A stretch of 63,661 nt of DNA, filler included, from Octopus bimaculoides (Eukaryota): the NCBI RefSeq assembly GCF_001194135.2. It is 9 parts of 8 records of this genome, joined end to end, with 100 filler letters (N's around TTAATTAATTAA, not from the genome) between each part and the next. Parts side by side here need not be neighbours in the genome. Positions count along the whole stretch, not along the records: positions 11,001 to 26,232 come from NC_069002.1; positions 26,333 to 34,500 come from NC_068987.1; 7 more parts are not named here. One strand, 5' to 3'. The translations under genes and the position numbers were made by a program. Below are positions 13,480 through 26,363 of the stretch, piece after piece (position 1 is the first letter of the stretch; each line of letters begins with the position of its first letter). The notes under the pieces were generated by a model. The model worked only from the letters and a program-made list of their open reading frames with translations. It did not search any database and was not told where the DNA came from.

Positions 13480-13832
13480 TGGCACTCCGTCGTTTACGAC
13501 GACGATGGTTCCAGTTGATCCAATCAACGGAACCGCCTGCTCGTGAAATTAACGTGCAAGTGGCTGAGCACTCCACACACACGTGTACCCTTAACGTAAT
13601 TCTCGGGGATATTCAACGTGACACAGTGTGACAAGGCTGACCCTTTGAATTACAGGCACAGCAGAAATAGGAAGAAAGAGTGAGAGAGAGTTGTGGTGAA
13701 AGAGTACAGCAGGGTTCGCCAAAATCCCCTGCCGGAGCCTCGTGGGGCTTTAGGTGTTTTCGCTCAATAAACACTCACAACGCCCGGTCTGGGAATCGAA
13801 AACGCGATCCTATGACCGCGAGTCCGCTTCCC
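13480..13832 (-). mobile_element. tRNA-derived SINE, family A; head cut by a gap
   Basis: Homologous over about 350 bp to 58937-59328; B-box-like ttcgattcccagacc on the minus strand. Confidence 0.8.
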
Positions 13833-14090
13833 NNNNNNNNNNNNNNNNNNNNNNNNNNNNNNNNNNNNNNNNNNNNNNNNNNNNNNNNNNNNNNNNNNNN
13901 NNNNNNNNNNNNNNNNNNNNNNNNNNNNNNNNNNNNNNNNNNNNNNNNNNNNNNNNNNNNNNNNNNNNNNNNNNNNNNNNNNNNNNNNNNNNNNNNNNNN
14001 NNNNNNNNNNNNNNNNNNNNNNNNNNNNNNNNNNNNNNNNNNNNNNNNNNNNNNNNNNNNNNNNNNNNNNNNNNNNNNNNNNNNNNNNNN

Positions 14091-14121
<31 letters not shown>

Positions 14122-14123
<2 letters not shown>

Positions 14124-14388
14124 CACGTGTATAGGTGATGAGCACTACGTGGACATCCAATATGCTAGAAAGACCCAACCACAAAAAAAACGGACGTTAT
14201 TACGTAAGTATAACGTTAAGGTTCGAAACTTCAGTCCATAGATAATTCTTTATTCTGTATATTTCTCATTTTGTCCTGTTTTGCGAAATTTTTCTGGAGA
14301 AAATTATTTTTCTTCGTGGTTGGGTCGTTGAATACCTCTTTCTAGCATATTGGATGTCCAACTAGTGGTCATCCCTTATACACGTGTA
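14122..14388. mobile_element. MITE-like non-autonomous DNA element
   Basis: Imperfect 50-60 bp terminal inverted repeats, tacacgtgtata..gatgagcacta..ggacatccaatatgctagaaag versus ctttctagcatattggatgtccaactagtggtcatcccttatacacgtgta. Confidence 0.7.
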
Positions 14389-14487
14389 ATACAATTTTTT
14401 TCTGAATTTTCAGATTTTTTATATGCTAGGACACTTGGTTTTAAATTGAATTAATATTCAATTTATCACACTATCTATATAAATAAT

Positions 14488-14522
<35 letters not shown>

Positions 14523-15139
14523 CTTATACACATACATACATAAAAATCTCGCTAGATAATATAATCAAGGGTGTAGTTTCTACGAATAGCGTAACGCTGT
14601 GTCTGGGACACCATACGTTTCTGTAAATATGTCTATCTTCTATTTTAGCATCATCAAAGCCCACAAGTAGAACTACAACAATGACTACGGTGTGAGCAGC
14701 TTCATTTCGTGCCACAGACGCCACTCAACATAAATCTGGCAAATTCGCTATACTTTGTTGACGATGGACTACTTCATTTAAACCATTATTTCATAAGATG
14801 AGATTCTGATAATGATATATCACGATATGTATACTGGCTGCAGTAATTAACTGTAATTAATTGTGAAAAGAAAATTAAAGTTTGTTATTATTATTAATAG
14901 GATAAGATCTGTGTTAAAAGGTCTATAACCATTACAACAGATGTCAGTGGTTTATATCCTCACTAAAATTCTAAACTCTGTTCTAAATTCTTGATAAATT
15001 GGGATTATATGAAGCAATCGTTTCACCACCCATAGTGTTTCTACCTGATTAATTGTAATTGCAGAAGTATTTTCCCCGAACCCTCACTCATATACTGTTT
15101 AAACCTATTTACCCCATTAGATATATCAGACGTGTGAGA

Positions 15140-15500
15140 GAGCATGACTCAGGAGTGCGTTCTCCCAGTTATGAGGTAATGAGTTCGATTCTTGGACAGG
15201 AGTGTGTGTTGAGTCCTTGAGCAAGACACTTTATTTCACGTTGCTCCAGTTGACTCAGCTGAAGAAATGAGCTGCGATGGCACCGCTGCCGAGCTGGTGG
15301 CGTGGAGAGGGGGAGGCTGGTATGCCTGGCCGACTGCTGGTCTTCCATAAACAACCTTGCCCGGACTTGTACCTCGGAGGGCAACTCCCTAGTTGCAATC
15401 TCATGGTCTGTATCAGACACCGCAAGGGGGTCTGTATCAGACACTGCAAACCCATGTACAGTCTCTGAGGTCCTTAAACTAGAATCACCTGGATGCGAAG
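15140..15500 (+). mobile_element. tRNA-derived SINE
   Basis: B-box gagttcgattc, then cttgagcaagacactttatttcacgttgctccag, a core shared with 32375-32592 and 61335-61590. Confidence 0.7.
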
Positions 15501-16379
15501 CAAATTTCTAAATCACATACACTTGCCGGGAGAAAAAGAAGCGCCAAAGTAAATTCATTTATTTCGAAATGCTTCATTAACCTCGGAGAGCTTTGACATG
15601 ATTAAGCATCTAAAATAAGTCAAGATCATTGTTTTGTCAGCAATATAGCTCTTACAAAATGAACTCTCTAATTCTCGTCATATTTAATCTATCAAATGAA
15701 CGAGTTAAATAGTTTATTCATTCTATATTCTTCGCTTGAATTTGTTTTTGTGTTGTTAGTATTTTTGTTCTTATTAATATTGTTTTTTTGTAATCATTGT
15801 TGTCGTTGACAATGTTGCTTTGTGGCGTTTTGTCATATTAGTCGCCGTTCTTCTTGCTGTTTATGCGAGCAGAAATCTATTTCAATAAAAAGAAAGCAAA
15901 TTTAATTAGTAGGGAGGAAGAAGATTAAATATTTGAACCTAATAAACACAAATAGCAAAGACAAAATGCAAACACTTTGCAAAATCACAAATATGACCGA
16001 AGATGAAAGAGAAAGCAAGGAATCGAATATGAGAAAAAGTGCAACAGCGACATAGAATAGCCCAAAGAGACAATGAAGCAAATTTTATAAGGAAAGAAGA
16101 AACTATATAATGTAAATGAGATGATGGTGGATGGAAAGAGACAGGAGCCAGAAAAATAGTAGTAGTAGTAGTTTCGAAAAGTGCAATGTGAAGGCAGTTG
16201 AGAAATAAATCAAAACAGCAATAAACAGTATTAAATGGAAGAAAGGCAGGATATAAAGAAAAATTTAAAATAGAAGAAAAAAGTTCTTTAAAATGGTTTC
16301 GTTTTCCGGGTGAAGACACTGTTTGGTTAATGCCACTAATATATGTGAAAAACATTTGAGCGTCGTAGGAAGGCCATTA

Positions 16380-19300
16380 CTTTGAGAAAATAAAGTGTGA
16401 CATATCGTCTCAGCTGATACATCATTCTAACAGCTTTAGCATTTGAAAATAAAGTTTGGAGGGCACACTATCTCGTCCCGGAGTCTTCTCTCTCACGCAG
16501 GTCTTCATCGCGTCCCGTATATCTTCGGCTGTTATCGGCATTTCGCAGAACTCCGCATCTCCGGCTGAGGGGCGCGGCTTGCCACTGGGATAGGAGGTGA
16601 AATTGATCACCGTCCCAGAAACACCGCGTGCCCCATACAGTTCGGCGAGGTACCGCTGAAATTCCACACACATCTGCTTGGACTCGGTTCTCGAGCGCCC
16701 GTCAAAGAGCCCATCAAAGACCGAATTGTTGCTTTGTTTCCACGAAACGCCTCTATCACCAGGGCCCATCGAACGGCTTCCCCCGACCGTCTTATTGCTT
16801 GCGCCCCAGCTCTGACAGCGCAACCTTCGTGCTTGGTATTTAAGAATTGATCAAGAGCCAATCATGCCACCAGCTTGACGGTCGCTATGCATTTCATAAG
16901 TGCCTCTTCTAGCTTCCTAACTACGTCTCCCTCTAACGTTATTTCTTACTAAAACCTACCGCCTCTATTCTAACAGCCCTTTTCAGTGCTATCCACCAAC
17001 GGCTGTTGAAGATTGCCTCTGCCAACTCACGATGGACTAACTTGCTAACTCGGTCTCTGAAAGCTTGGCGCGCGGAGAACTACGCGTTCGGCTTCCAGTA
17101 CATACTCGCGCGCGCCTGTGTATAGTTCTGGTATATTTTGTTAACTTAGTAGAATGCAGTATAATATTCGTCCACCCTGTCTATGCATCCTATCTATGCC
17201 GACTGTACAGATCACAAATTTATCATGTCTGTAGCTGACGACTTCCAAACGTGGACAATTAATACTACTTCTATCTACAGGCAGTTCTTCCATGCCCACA
17301 GTGGCACATTCCGGAAATCAAGTTGGTACCTGTCAGCCAACTGGAAGCAGCTGATCTTGTTTGTGAGGCTTTTACTCCCACCTCTTCTATCAGCTAGACC
17401 CACCGTTTCCAGGCGTTCCAGTCATACACTAGCCTTGAAGAGCGTAACATCTCAAGGAAAACCTCCAAACGTCCGAAGAATACTGGCTCTCTCGCCCCCG
17501 CGGGGACGTAAACTGCGACTAGTCTAAATGCACCAACTTCACTGTGACTCACATCAGGACCACCAACTTACTCTCCGGGTCGAGGAAGGTCGTCCGAACT
17601 TTGAGATGCAGGTCTTTCCTAAACAGCACTGTCACCTCCGCATCCCATTCTGGGCCTACTAAGAGATACATAGATCTCATAATCATCGAAAATGGGTTGC
17701 AAGATCTCGTGCTATCACATCCATATCTAGCGACCTGCGGTTGTAGAGCAAGCGACCTGCGGTTGTAGAGCAAGCGACCTGCGGTTGTAGAGCAAGCGAC
17801 CTGCGGTTGTAGAGCAAGCGACCTTGCTTCCAGGGTGACATCAGGCCGTAAACATTGATGCATCTCACACTGACAATCGCGATGACGGCTCGACTGTGTT
17901 GAGGAAAAGACAACAAAACGGGGTCACTTAGACTCCTGGGGCTGTTGACAGCCCGAAAACCCTGGCTCCGGATCTGGTTCCTCTGGGAAACCCGCTAAAC
18001 GCCTCTTGGTGGCACGGATGTGTGGCCTTCCCTCGCCATGCGGGAAATCCCTCTGACTTTCTTCGTATAGTTTGAAGGGTAACCTTAAGTGTGGTGGTGT
18101 CATAAATTGCACCTCTCTCTCTCAATTTGTTTGTTTTGGCTATGAAATCCAACAAATCTTTCTTGGCTCCCTCACGAGCACATAATTTGGTGTTTCCCTG
18201 TTGGTTACTGTGAGCTTTCTTTTGGGGGCTAAATGTGGTTGTGAGTGGATTGGTGGATTTGATTGGGTTGGTGGTGGTTGTGTGGATGGTGGTGCTGGTT
18301 TTGTTTGTGCTGTGTCTATGTTTGATGCGCTGGGAGTTTCTGTGCTTTCAGGTGTTGGTGTAGGTTCTTTTATTTTCGGTTTCCTTTGTCTTTTTCGTAT
18401 TTGTTCTACTTTGTGGGGTTCGTCGTCTTCACTACAGGATGAGGAGTGGCTAGTGTCAGTATTGTCTGTCTCGGGGAGTGTGAGTGTGTCAGTGCCAGTT
18501 TGAGCGTGCTTGTGTGAGTGTATGCTTGAAAGAGGGGACGGAGGGGCTGGTTTGACATAACCTGGGTGGTTTCCTTATTGTATCGGGTCCACGTGTCTTT
18601 GTTGTTTTTGTTGTTGTTGCAGTGAGGCTGTAGTTCTATTAAAAAGTCTTTGCTGTTGGGGGTGTGCTGTAGGCTTCATGTGTTGCTGTGCATATCCCGA
18701 ATTGTGAGGGCAGAGGGCTCTCAGGTGGCTTTTGGAACCACATTTGTCACAGCTGGGCTTCGTTCCTTCCACGGCGTCATGCAGTTGTATCCTCCTGAGC
18801 AGCTGGATCAGGTTCAGGATCTTCTCGATATTACCTGGTTTCAAAACGATTAATATTTCCAGGTGGATCCCGCACCAGTTCTCCATATTTCTCCTTTTTA
18901 CCTCCAAAAGTGCCCCTGGATGCTGCATGGCACAGGCACTGATCCATCAGTCATTTATACCTGGTGGCGCACCGTTTACCCCAATTCTCGTTGTTCTCTT
19001 CGAGAAGTAGGTGGGATAAAAGTACTACTCCTCAGTCCACCAGGGTGACACAGCAAGGTCCTCACGTTTATAGAGAACCTCAATGCTGGGAAACTGCTGA
19101 GGGTCTTCTCGACGCGATTGATGGAAGCTAGTTCAGAGCTCCTCCTCTCTTTCTTTCTTTTGCCTCTATTATGTCGGGAGGTAGAGCACTCAAGACTTAC
19201 CCCGACAACTCTGATGATGCCTTGTCTGTGAAAGTTCTCGAATTTTGTCCTCGGGAAGAAGTGTAAAAATTTCCTACATCAGCAAATCTCTTGTTTTTGT

Positions 19301-19740
19301 TATTGTTTATGTCGTTGCTGTCGTCGACGTTGCTGCTGTTGATATTCGTGGTAATGGGGGTGGTGTTATGGTTGCTACCACTGTTGCCACACTCCATACC
19401 GCAGTCACCGCCTTCAATCGTAATATTATTTTATCCGCTAACATCCGTTGTGTTCTGAATTGCGCTGCAGTTGCTAATATTACAATTAATTCTGCCACTG
19501 CAGTCTTCGCCGCTGCCGCCGCTATCATTGCCGTCACTGCTGTTGCCAATGCTTTCACTACTGCTACTATTAGGTGGATCTTGAAGTTTGGTGCCCTTCT
19601 TTTTCTCCCCAACCCTCTCCGGTAATGTTATCTGCAGCTGAGGGAAAAGGAGGGAAATCTTCAGATTAAAACAAAAATTCTTTTTGAGGAGAGGCATTTT
19701 TTTTTCTTAAATCTTTCAAGATTCATTCCGCCATCTAATT
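16380..19740 (-). mobile_element. L1/Tx1-clade LINE: ORF1 (RRM-like plus zinc knuckle) and ORF2 APE endonuclease, RT missing
   Basis: ORF1 PTYFSKRTTRIGVNGAP..MENWCG..KPSCDKCGSKSHLRALCP (CX2CX4HX4C). ORF2 start IVSVRCINVYGLMSPWKQ and VTVLFRK..TTFLDPESKLVV. Sequence ends just after KTPGRDSVP. Confidence 0.85.
17729..17824. repeat. 22-bp tandem repeat, 4 exact copies plus 8 nt
   Basis: AGCGACCTGCGGTTGTAGAGCA starts at 17729, 17751, 17773 and 17795. Confidence 0.95.
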
Positions 19741-19934
19741 TATTTGTATCATGTAAAATCTCCCACCGCTAGGGGCTTCAAAAACACAGGAACCCAATGG
19801 CAGGTCCCTAGTGTTTCAATTAACAAAGTGGAACAATGCTTAAACGAAAAACTGCTGAACAAACGGTTGTAAATTAAAGTTTAAAAAAAAGACTTAGTTC
19901 GCACCTTCAAAAATATGTCTGTCGTGTTCAGCAG

Positions 19935-19936
<2 letters not shown>

Positions 19937-19990
<54 letters not shown>
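19937..19990. repeat. (TAA)n microsatellite flanking the R4/Dong element
   Basis: Read directly from the sequence. Confidence 0.9.
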
Positions 19991-19993
<3 letters not shown>

Positions 19994-21497
19994 GCAGAAG
20001 GCACCTGGGCACGACAAGATCCCTAAATTCTGGTTAAAATATCTTACAGGAATACGTAAAAAGCTGGCTGAAAACTTTAACGACATACTAACAGAATCAA
20101 AGGCAATGCCTGAATGGCTCACGAAAGGGAAAACCATCTTAATCCCCAAATCCACGAAAACGGCAAAACCACAAAAATACAGACCTATGACCTGTCTCCC
20201 TACGATCTACAAAGCGTTTACTGCAATAATATCGCAGAGATTGAGTAAGCACCTGGAAAATAACAACCTGTTTCCAGAAGAGCAGAAGGGATGCTGCAAG
20301 GGCTCATACGGCTGTAAAGATCAATTAATGATCAATAAAGCCATAACTGAAGACAGCCGCAGAAAGAAGAAAGGCCTCAGTGTGGCGTGGATCGACTACT
20401 GAAAGGCTTTTGACAGTGTTCCCGACACGTGGATCTTCGAAACACTAGCCATAAACAAGGTGTCACCAATTATTATAAAATACATAAGGCACTGTATGAA
20501 TAAATGGCAGACAGTGCTACAGCTCCAAACAAAAGAGGGACTCGTGAAAACCAAAGCCACCACCATTAGTAGAGGAATATTCCAGGGAGTCACGCTCTCT
20601 CCACTCCTGTTCTGCTTGGCACTGACACCTTTGTCTGACATGCTAAATAGAACTGGATGCGGATACAAATGTTACGGCAAAACAATCAGCCACCTTTTAT
20701 ATATGGATGACCTAAAACTATACGCTACAAATGAGAAACAACTGAAAATATTACTACAGACAGTACATGGATTTAGCAAAGAAATAGATATGAAATTTGG
20801 ATTAGAAAAAATGTGCCAAAGCAACCCTGAAAAGAGGAAAACTACTTAAGAGTAGCAACATCACACTAGATACAGCCATTGAAATAAGAGTATTAAACCA
20901 AAGCCAGACACAAATATTTAGGAATCAATGAACTAGTTACGATCCAACACACACAAATGAAAGAGAAAATAAAGAAAGAGTACTATAGACGAGTTAGATC
21001 AAAACTGAAAACAGATCTCAATGCTAAAATCAAGATAATAGGTATTAACACTTTAGCCGTCCCAGATCAAAGTTACAATATTCTTAACTGGACACTAAAT
21101 GAACTAGCCAAAATAGAGAGGCAAACAATAAAAATAATGACAGGATATAGGATGCACCACCCAAAATCTGACATAGAAAGAGTATATTTACAACGCACAG
21201 AAGGTGGCAGGGGTCTTATACTGCTGGAAAACTATTATAAAACAACCACCATAGGACTACAAAAATATCTACTTCAGAAGCAAGGAAAACTAATACAAAT
21301 AGCCACAAAACACGAGCAAAACGAAAAACTGTTTTCAGTATTTAAGGAAGCTGAAAATTACAAACAAGAAATTATACTACCTAACAAATATGAAGAGAAA
21401 GAAACAACAAAAGCTATAAAACAAATGAAATCCAAGCTAAAACTAGAACAGCAACGAACCATGATAAAACGATGTCAAGAAAAGCCCCTCCATGGCA
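19991..21497 (+). mobile_element. R4/Dong-clade non-LTR retrotransposon fragment 1 (RT domain)
   Basis: EEQKGCCKGSYGCKDQLMINK, AWIDY*KAFDSVP, RGIFQGVTLSPLLF and HLLYMDDLKLY motifs; (TAA)n on both sides. Confidence 0.85.
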
Positions 21498-21557
<60 letters not shown>

Positions 21558-21627
21558 AAGAAGAAGAAGAAGAAGAAGAAGAAGAAGAAGAAGAAGAAGA
21601 AGAAGAAGAAGAAGAAGAAGAAGAAGA
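21498..21627. repeat. Compound (AAT)n-(AGA)n microsatellite
   Basis: Read directly from the sequence; it lies between the two R4/Dong fragments. Confidence 0.95.
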
Positions 21628-21639
21628 ATAGAAATTGAC

Positions 21640-23098
21640 ATATTCCCTAACAAGCAAAAATGATGTAAACGTGGGTTCTATGGTTGTACAGATCAATAAG
21701 ATGATCTTGGAAGATTGTCACAAACGACAGAAAAACTTGTCGATAGCCTGGATAGACTATAAAAAAGCTTTTGATAGTCTAACACATAGCTGGATTAAGA
21801 AATGTCTGGAAATGTATAAAATAGCACCTACTCTGCGAAACGTCTTTTCTGTAACTATTATATCATGGAGAGCCATACTGACTTTGAACAGTGACAATGA
21901 ATCTCTTAATGCTGGAGATGTAAGATTTCGTGTAGCATTTTCCAATGTGACTCTGTATCACCACTCCTCTTTTGTCTAGCCTTAATACCTCTCTCGAAAT
22001 TGCTCAGTGATGTACAATACGTTTATAAAATGTTTGATAAAAATATAAATCCTTTCATTTATATGGATGATTTAAAGCTCTTTGCAAAAAATGAGCAACA
22101 ACTGCAGGACTTACTAGCGATTGTTAAACCATTTATTGATGACATCAGGATGCCATTTGGCCTCGATAAAGGCGCAAAAGCTACCTTTATCAATGGAAAA
22201 TGACAGAAACCACCAATGTTAATCTTGATGAGCAGAATGTAATAATGGAATTAGAACTAGAGGAGAGCTACAACTATATAGGGGTATTTGAAGGAGACGG
22301 GATCAAACATTCTGTGATGAGGAAAAGGATCAGAAGAAATGTTATCGCAGGGTAAGGGCAATAATCAAGACAGGGCTGAATGCAAGAAACAGGATCGAAG
22401 CGATCAGTACTTTAACCATACCAGTCGTGACTTACAGCTTCAATATCATTAACTGGTCGATTACTGGACCTGCTCCATGATAAAAACTGGTGGGAGCTCA
22501 AACCACCTTGGAAGTAGTCACATCTCACTCCTCTGAAACTTCACCATTCAAACTAACGGAAAGATAGATCCGAATAGGTCAGGCATTTTATTGAAAGACT
22601 TCAGACAAAAATCATGCCACCTCGTTGATATGACTGTCCTAATCAGTATAAACGTATCTGTCAATACCTACCAGAAACTGAGCAAGTATAAAGATGTTGA
22701 AATAGAAATTAACAAAATGTGGAATCTCAAAACTAAAACAATACCTGTTGTTATAGGTGCCCTAGGAATGATAGCAAAAGGGGCTGATTGCTACATAGCT
22801 CAGATACCAGGAAACCCCAAAATGTCAGAAATTCAAAGGATAGTGTACGTGGGAACTGCCCATATCATATATAAAATACTGTCTATGTAATCTCAAATTT
22901 TAAAACCAACTCATAATTTTCTTGTGTTTATTTAAACATTCTCTTGAACAATACTATGTATAAAGCCAAATATATGACCCACTCTGAATAACACCAGCAT
23001 GAACTTCTAAATGGTTGTGTCTTGAGGTCTCTGGGTGAGACTTGAGCCAACTTCCACAAATACAAAGCAAAAGTGAATAAAAATAAGAGTAATAATAA
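21640..23098 (+). mobile_element. R4/Dong-clade fragment 2 (RT plus restriction-like endonuclease and 3' end)
   Basis: AWIDYKKAFDSLTHSWI, YMDDLKLFAKN; RLE region LVDMTV..QKLSKYKDVEIEINKMW..IPVVIGALG; ends in aataataaat. Confidence 0.85.
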
Positions 23099-23099
23099 A

Positions 23100-23400
23100 T
23101 GCCCTGGTGCAGTACCAGGCAGTGGCTATCATGGCTTTTGATCTTAACTGATTGGAATTGTTACCATGTACATGATTTGTCTTGGGATAAAAGATGGGCT
23201 ACAGCAAATATTCTGCTTAATACAAGATTTGCTTGTTAGTTGCTTGACCATAACCAGTTGAGCACGTCCTTTAATGGCTGACGATATGTACATCGCCGAT
23301 CTCGAGTAGAAGTAGTGGTGGAGCATTATAGCCATACTTGAATAATTCCTCTCTCTCGAAAGATGGGTACGTCATCGCTAAACAAACCTTATGCAGGCAC
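23100..23400 (-). mobile_element. Probable SINE-like interspersed repeat with TTA tail
   Basis: Terminus gcctggtactgcaccagggcatttattatt on the minus strand; no coding potential. Confidence 0.45.
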
Positions 23401-23449
23401 GTTTTTAGCGGGATGAGTTACTCGACCTGAAGGTCTTATTCTTTCCCTA

Positions 23450-24230
23450 CATTGCAAGTATTGAGTCATAGTGTTGTATTCAAGAGTAAACATTGGTCAG
23501 CATAATTGTTGTTGTTGACGTTGGCGAGTTTCGAAACATTGTCAGGCGGCAGGTCCTCTTTTTTCAGGAAATTTTCCTCAGCGTCGACCCAATTGTAATT
23601 GAGGTTGCAAATAAAATATATGGATATATTTTGGTGTCTGCCAATAAGTTTTATTTTCTCTGTTGAGTCCCGAAATATTTTTTCTAGCATTCACTAATGT
23701 CTAATTTGATAATTTTCAAGTTTCCCAAAATGACGTCTAAAACGGGGTAAAATGAGTATAATTTCTCCTCTTTAACTGCAAGGTGAGTAAATCTATCACG
23801 AAATGGACACTCCAACCGATTGTGAAGAATCTTTAGAGGATATTTTATGCTGAGTTTTCTTTCATTTGGTCGACTTGACTTAATTTCATATGATGTGCCA
23901 GTTTTCACTGATCCTCTTTCATTTGACCTCGATAGTTAAATGTTTGTTTTCATTTCTGATCATTCTGATATCTAGGCATGGACATTGATGTGTATGAGTT
24001 TGTTTTAAGGTGAATTGGAGCGGCGAATTTACATTATGTTGTCTTACTCATTTTGTTCCAGCCAAATTTGACTTTTATATGTTCAAAGACAACGGCGATA
24101 ATTTTATGAAGTAGTGATCAAATCCTTTTTAATGCATTTAAGGAGGTTCATTTGCTTAGCCGAAATAGTTTTTGTAAGAGAGTGAACATTTCTGAAAAAT
24201 GTATTTTGTCGCAAAGTCAAAAGTGCAGCA
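23450..24230 (-). mobile_element. hAT-like transposase remnant
   Basis: Broken frames LTKTISAKQMNLLKC and YSFYPVLDVILGNLK resemble ZMYM1/hAT transposase segments. Confidence 0.45.
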
Positions 24231-25469
24231 AAAATACCTCATTTTATCCCATCTTCACTATGTGTGTGTTTGTGTCTGTGTCCGCGCGTGCGTGGGTGTG
24301 CGTGCTCTCCTTTACATATATATATTTTATATGAACGATATTTGGAAAACCAAGTGTTTAGTATGAAATGTCATATACATATTAGTGCGCGTGTATGTAA
24401 CTTAAAGACTAAATATGATTTACGATAAAAACTTGCAGTTTTATTTTGATTAAAATACCTGCTGTGTTTTTCGAGCGAAACTTATGAATGCTGTTCGTCT
24501 GCCTTCAGCATTTTTGACTGTGACCCACTGTTTGTTGTCTTCTTCTCTTTCCAACATGATTGATGAGACACATATAAACTTTTATTATATGTAAGATTCT
24601 TTTAAGCTCTTTCATATTTTAAAACATATTTTAAGTATATTACTTATGTAAGATTTGAAACTGAAGTACAAAACTAAAAGTTTTTATTGACTATTATCAT
24701 AAGAATTGGTAATAAAGATTACTAATAACAATACCGATGTTAAAGCGAAATACTGTTTATTGCACATAAGAATGACCTAATTTTTAGACAGTAGTTTTAA
24801 GATGTATTTAAATGTAATATTTTATTTTTTGTTTCAAGCAGAGCTACATTCTCTACACAGATTTAGAGTGGATAACAATCAGAAAACCTTCTAAGCTCTT
24901 ATATATTTATGTAAGCAAGATCTTATACATACATAAATGCATACATATATATATATATATATATATANNNNNNNNNNNNNNNNNNNNNNNNNNNNNNNNN
25001 NNNNNNNNNNNNNNNNNNNNNNNNNNNNNNNNNNNNNNNNNNNNNNNNNNNNNNNNNNNNNNNNNNNNNNNNNNNNNNNNNNNNNNNNNNNNNNNNNNNN
25101 NNNNNNNNNNNNNNNNNNNNNNNNNNNNNNNNNNNNNNNNNNNNNNNNNNNNNNNNNNNNNNNNNNNNNNNNNNNNNNNNNNNNNNNNNNNNNNNNNNNN
25201 NNNNNNNNNNNNNNNNNNNNNNNNNNNNNNNNNNNNNNNNNNNNNNNNNNNNNNNNNNNNNNNNNNNNNNNNNNNNNNNNNNNNNNNNNNNNNNNNNNNN
25301 NNNNNNNNNNNNNNNNNNNNNNNNNNNNNNNNNNNNNNNNNNNNNNNNNNNNNNNNNNNNNNNNNNNNNNNNNNNNNNNNNNNNNNNNNNNNNNNNNNNN
25401 NNNNNNNNNNNNNNNNNNNNNNNNNNNNNNNNNNNNACACACACACACATATATATATATACATATATG

Positions 25470-25532
<63 letters not shown>

Positions 25533-26363
25533 ATGCATGTATGTATGAATGTATGTATGTATGTATGTATGTGTGTGTGTGTGTGTGTGTGTATTCAATA
25601 TTTTCTAGAAACATTCAATGAAAAGGAAGGAAGCTTCAGATCGACAAGCTCATTCGAGCTGCAGCATGGCAACATACACTTAATTGGTTGTTAAGGTATT
25701 TAAATGGAGACGAGCTGACTCTTGTTTTTTTATGTTTTCTCTGGTGACCTACTTGCATTGATTCTATTCGTAAAATACGTTTAATCTTCGAACGACTTTA
25801 TTCCTACTGTGTGAGTGTAGGTGTATGCGTGTGCATGTGTGTAAGGATGAATGTGTGTGTTTGTATGAATGCATATAGGCGTGCGTACGTGTATGCTTGT
25901 GTGAGTGTGTCTCGTTAACTGGAGTGTATTTGCTGTATATGTGTGCATGTTCACATCTGTTTCTCTATTGCGACCATGCTGATGTCTGTATGTAGTGTAA
26001 GATTGTGGGAATACTAAGATAGATACATACAAACAACACACACATTCAGAGGCACACACACTCACTCATTCAGAGGCACACACACACACACATACACACA
26101 CATGCACACATATACACACACATTCACGCACACGGATATATATATGTGTGTGTATATATGTGTGGTATTGTATGATTGTATGCATGTATGCAGATAGATA
26201 GAAACAGATAGATAGATGATGGATGGATGGATNNNNNNNNNNNNNNNNNNNNNNNNNNNNNNNNNNNNNNNNNNNNTTAATTAATTAANNNNNNNNNNNN
26301 NNNNNNNNNNNNNNNNNNNNNNNNNNNNNNNNATTAGTAGAGTAGTTTGGTGAAACATTGTGT

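Noticed and set aside
14590-14680. Possible hammerhead UUGAUGA...GAAAC...GUC on the minus strand
   Set aside because: C3 is absent and stem I does not pair in register.
17729-17824. 22-bp direct repeats as a CRISPR array
   Set aside because: The units abut with no spacers, lie inside a LINE endonuclease, and no cas genes are present.
21414-21696. Poly-Ile/Arg/Leu/Ser/Tyr ORFs
   Set aside because: These are translations of the (AAT)n(AGA)n microsatellite.
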